Source: Kiritimatiellia bacterium (lineage in GTDB: Bacteria > Verrucomicrobiota > Kiritimatiellia > RFP12 > UBA1067). Taken from it: 64,000 nucleotides of DNA. Shown one piece after another: positions 62,977 to 64,000 of this stretch. How positions within the stretch are numbered: position 1 is the stretch's first letter; every line of letters begins with the position of its first letter. The DNA is taken from the NCBI GenBank assembly GCA_017520845.1, contig JAFXEU010000082.1, positions 1,483 through 65,482 on the forward strand, read 5' to 3'. Position numbers and translations under genes: made by a program. The notes below the pieces were generated by a model, which was given only the letters and a program-made list of their open reading frames with translations, ran no database searches and had not been told where the DNA came from.

Positions 62977-63004
62977 TATTTAGTCATCAGTCGTTAGGCA
63001 TCAT
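62973..63004 (+). repeat. degenerate heptanucleotide array (NTYAGNN), 4-5 units
   Basis: TTAGTAT TTAGTCA TCAGTCG TTAGGCA TCAT with a 7-nt period. It begins inside the stop codon (TAG 62974-76) of the upstream gene. Confidence 0.6.
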
Positions 63005-63059
63005 ATTAATAAAACTCGATAAAGGGTACAATTTAGAAACAAAAAAAAAGAGATTATAT

Positions 63060-64000
63060 ATGAATCTTAGCAGAAGAAATTTTTTGTTCGGCTCTGCCGC
63101 CGCGTCTATGTTGACCGGGTGCGCTTCGAGTAAGGTTCCCGCGCGCGTACGTGCAAAAGGGGAGAAATTGAATGTTGCGCTAATTGGCTATGGCATGCAG
63201 ATGTGGTCGGCTCTTTTGCCGCAATTTGTAGGCTCTAAGGAGGGTTGGGGCGCTGAAAAGCCGTGTTTTAAGCTTCCTGATTTTTGCCGTGTTACTGTAG
63301 TGTGTGATTGCGACAAGGTTAGGGCGAAGTCGGGTGCCGCGCATGTTGATAGAGAGTATGCCAAAAATTCCATCTCCCAGGGGCCGTGCCGTTTTTGCAC
63401 GGATTTCCGCGAGGTTCTGGCGGATCCGTCGATCGACCTGGTCTGTATCGCTACCCCCGATCATTGGCACGCCTATATCGCGGTTGAGGCGATGAAGGCC
63501 GGTAAAGACGTGTATTGTGAAAAGCCTCTTACATATAATGTTGATGAGTCGCGTAAAATTATCGAGGCGCAGAAAAAGTATGGTCGCATTTTCCAATGCG
63601 GTTCTATGCAGCGCAGCTGGGATGTGTTCAGAACGACGGTGATGGTTGTAAGAAACGGCTTTATCGGAGATGTTCTTTATGTTGACGCTAATTACGGCGT
63701 AGCGGGCAAGAAACTCGGCGGACCTTCGCATCCGGTCAGATTTTTTGAAGATCCAGAAAAGGCTTCGTCGGAAAGTGCGGCTAATCCCAATGTCGATTGG
63801 GATATGTGGCTTGGACCTGCTAAGTATAGACCTTACTCTAACCGGTTGGCGCCGGCTGATTACAAGAACAAGCGAGTCCCCGGGGTGCATAGTTGGTATC
63901 CGATGTTCTGGCGGTTTGATGATGAGACGGGTCTCGGCTATAACGGCGATTGGGGCGCACATCATCTTGATATTGCGCAATGGGGGTTGGATATGGATAA
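63060..64000 (+). CDS. Gfo/Idh/MocA-family NAD-dependent oxidoreductase / GH109-like, Tat signal; 3' end outside window
   Basis: Not in the supplied ORF track because it has no stop in the window. My translation from ATG 63060 is MNLSRRNFLFGSAAASMLTGC (twin-arginine signal plus lipobox-like), LNVALIGYGMQ (Rossmann), IATPDHWHAYIAVEAMKAGKDVYCEKPL (family signature). The frame is open to nt 64000. Confidence 0.85.
   Translation, partial: MNLSRRNFLFGSAAASMLTGCASSKVPARVRAKGEKLNVALIGYGMQMWSALLPQFVGSKEGWGAEKPCFKLPDFCRVTVVCDCDKVRAKSGAAHVDREYAKNSISQGPCRFCTDFREVLADPSIDLVCIATPDHWHAYIAVEAMKAGKDVYCEKPLTYNVDESRKIIEAQKKYGRIFQCGSMQRSWDVFRTTVMVVRNGFIGDVLYVDANYGVAGKKLGGPSHPVRFFEDPEKASSESAANPNVDWDMWLGPAKYRPYSNRLAPADYKNKRVPGVHSWYPMFWRFDDETGLGYNGDWGAHHLDIAQWGLDMD

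Noticed and set aside
63180-63980. 266-aa minus-strand ORF at the right edge.
   Set aside because: The + strand frame from ATG 63060 encodes a Tat-signal Gfo/Idh/MocA oxidoreductase with Rossmann and CEKP motifs. The minus ORF is its shadow.

Overview
Chromosomal-looking 64 kb window. Hand-sampled GC is mostly in the 50s-60s %, with a roughly 4 kb lower-GC islet at 58.4-62.5 kb. I call about 40 protein genes. I recognised no rRNA, tRNA, CRISPR array, transposase or integrase.

Housekeeping genes: thrS, tmk, holB, polA, a nifS-type cysteine desulfurase, a fused murC-murB, and birA. They are interleaved with many Sec/Tat-secreted carbohydrate-active or adhesin-like proteins:
- CE4 deacetylase, GDPD, a DUF1080-type protein, an SGNH hydrolase
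- GH27 alpha-galactosidase, GH95 fucosidase, a CE15-like esterase, a GH109-like oxidoreductase
- several right-handed beta-helix proteins

This gene content suggests a glycan-degrading, possibly PVC-group, bacterium; that is inference only.

The most unusual block is 20.5-39.7 kb. A NarL/LuxR two-component pair sits divergent to a locus where two paralogous 1181/1320-aa GH2-like proteins bracket two secreted proteins of 345 aa and 2630 aa. Those two proteins carry three copies of a poly-glycine module that resembles the ALK/LTK-type Gly_rich domain. In the giant protein the module is fused to a beta-helix, an alpha/beta-hydrolase esterase and a CE4 deacetylase. All three promoters of this block have the same GC palindrome abutting the -35 element.

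Other structure not explained by the genes:
- degenerate heptanucleotide (GTYAGNN) arrays after three gene ends, two of them in opposite orientation around a CE15 + ParE-type toxin-antitoxin segment
- a roughly 70-nt promoter/operator module with three TTGCA boxes, duplicated 4 kb apart
- a 22-23-bp-phased iteron-like repeat array in a 740-bp noncoding gap
- a winged-helix regulator gene interrupted by one in-frame TGA
- many TGnTATAAT boxes only 6-9 nt from the ATG, implying leaderless mRNAs
- a low-GC mosaic adhesin gene

All family assignments come from motif recognition by eye; no searches were run.
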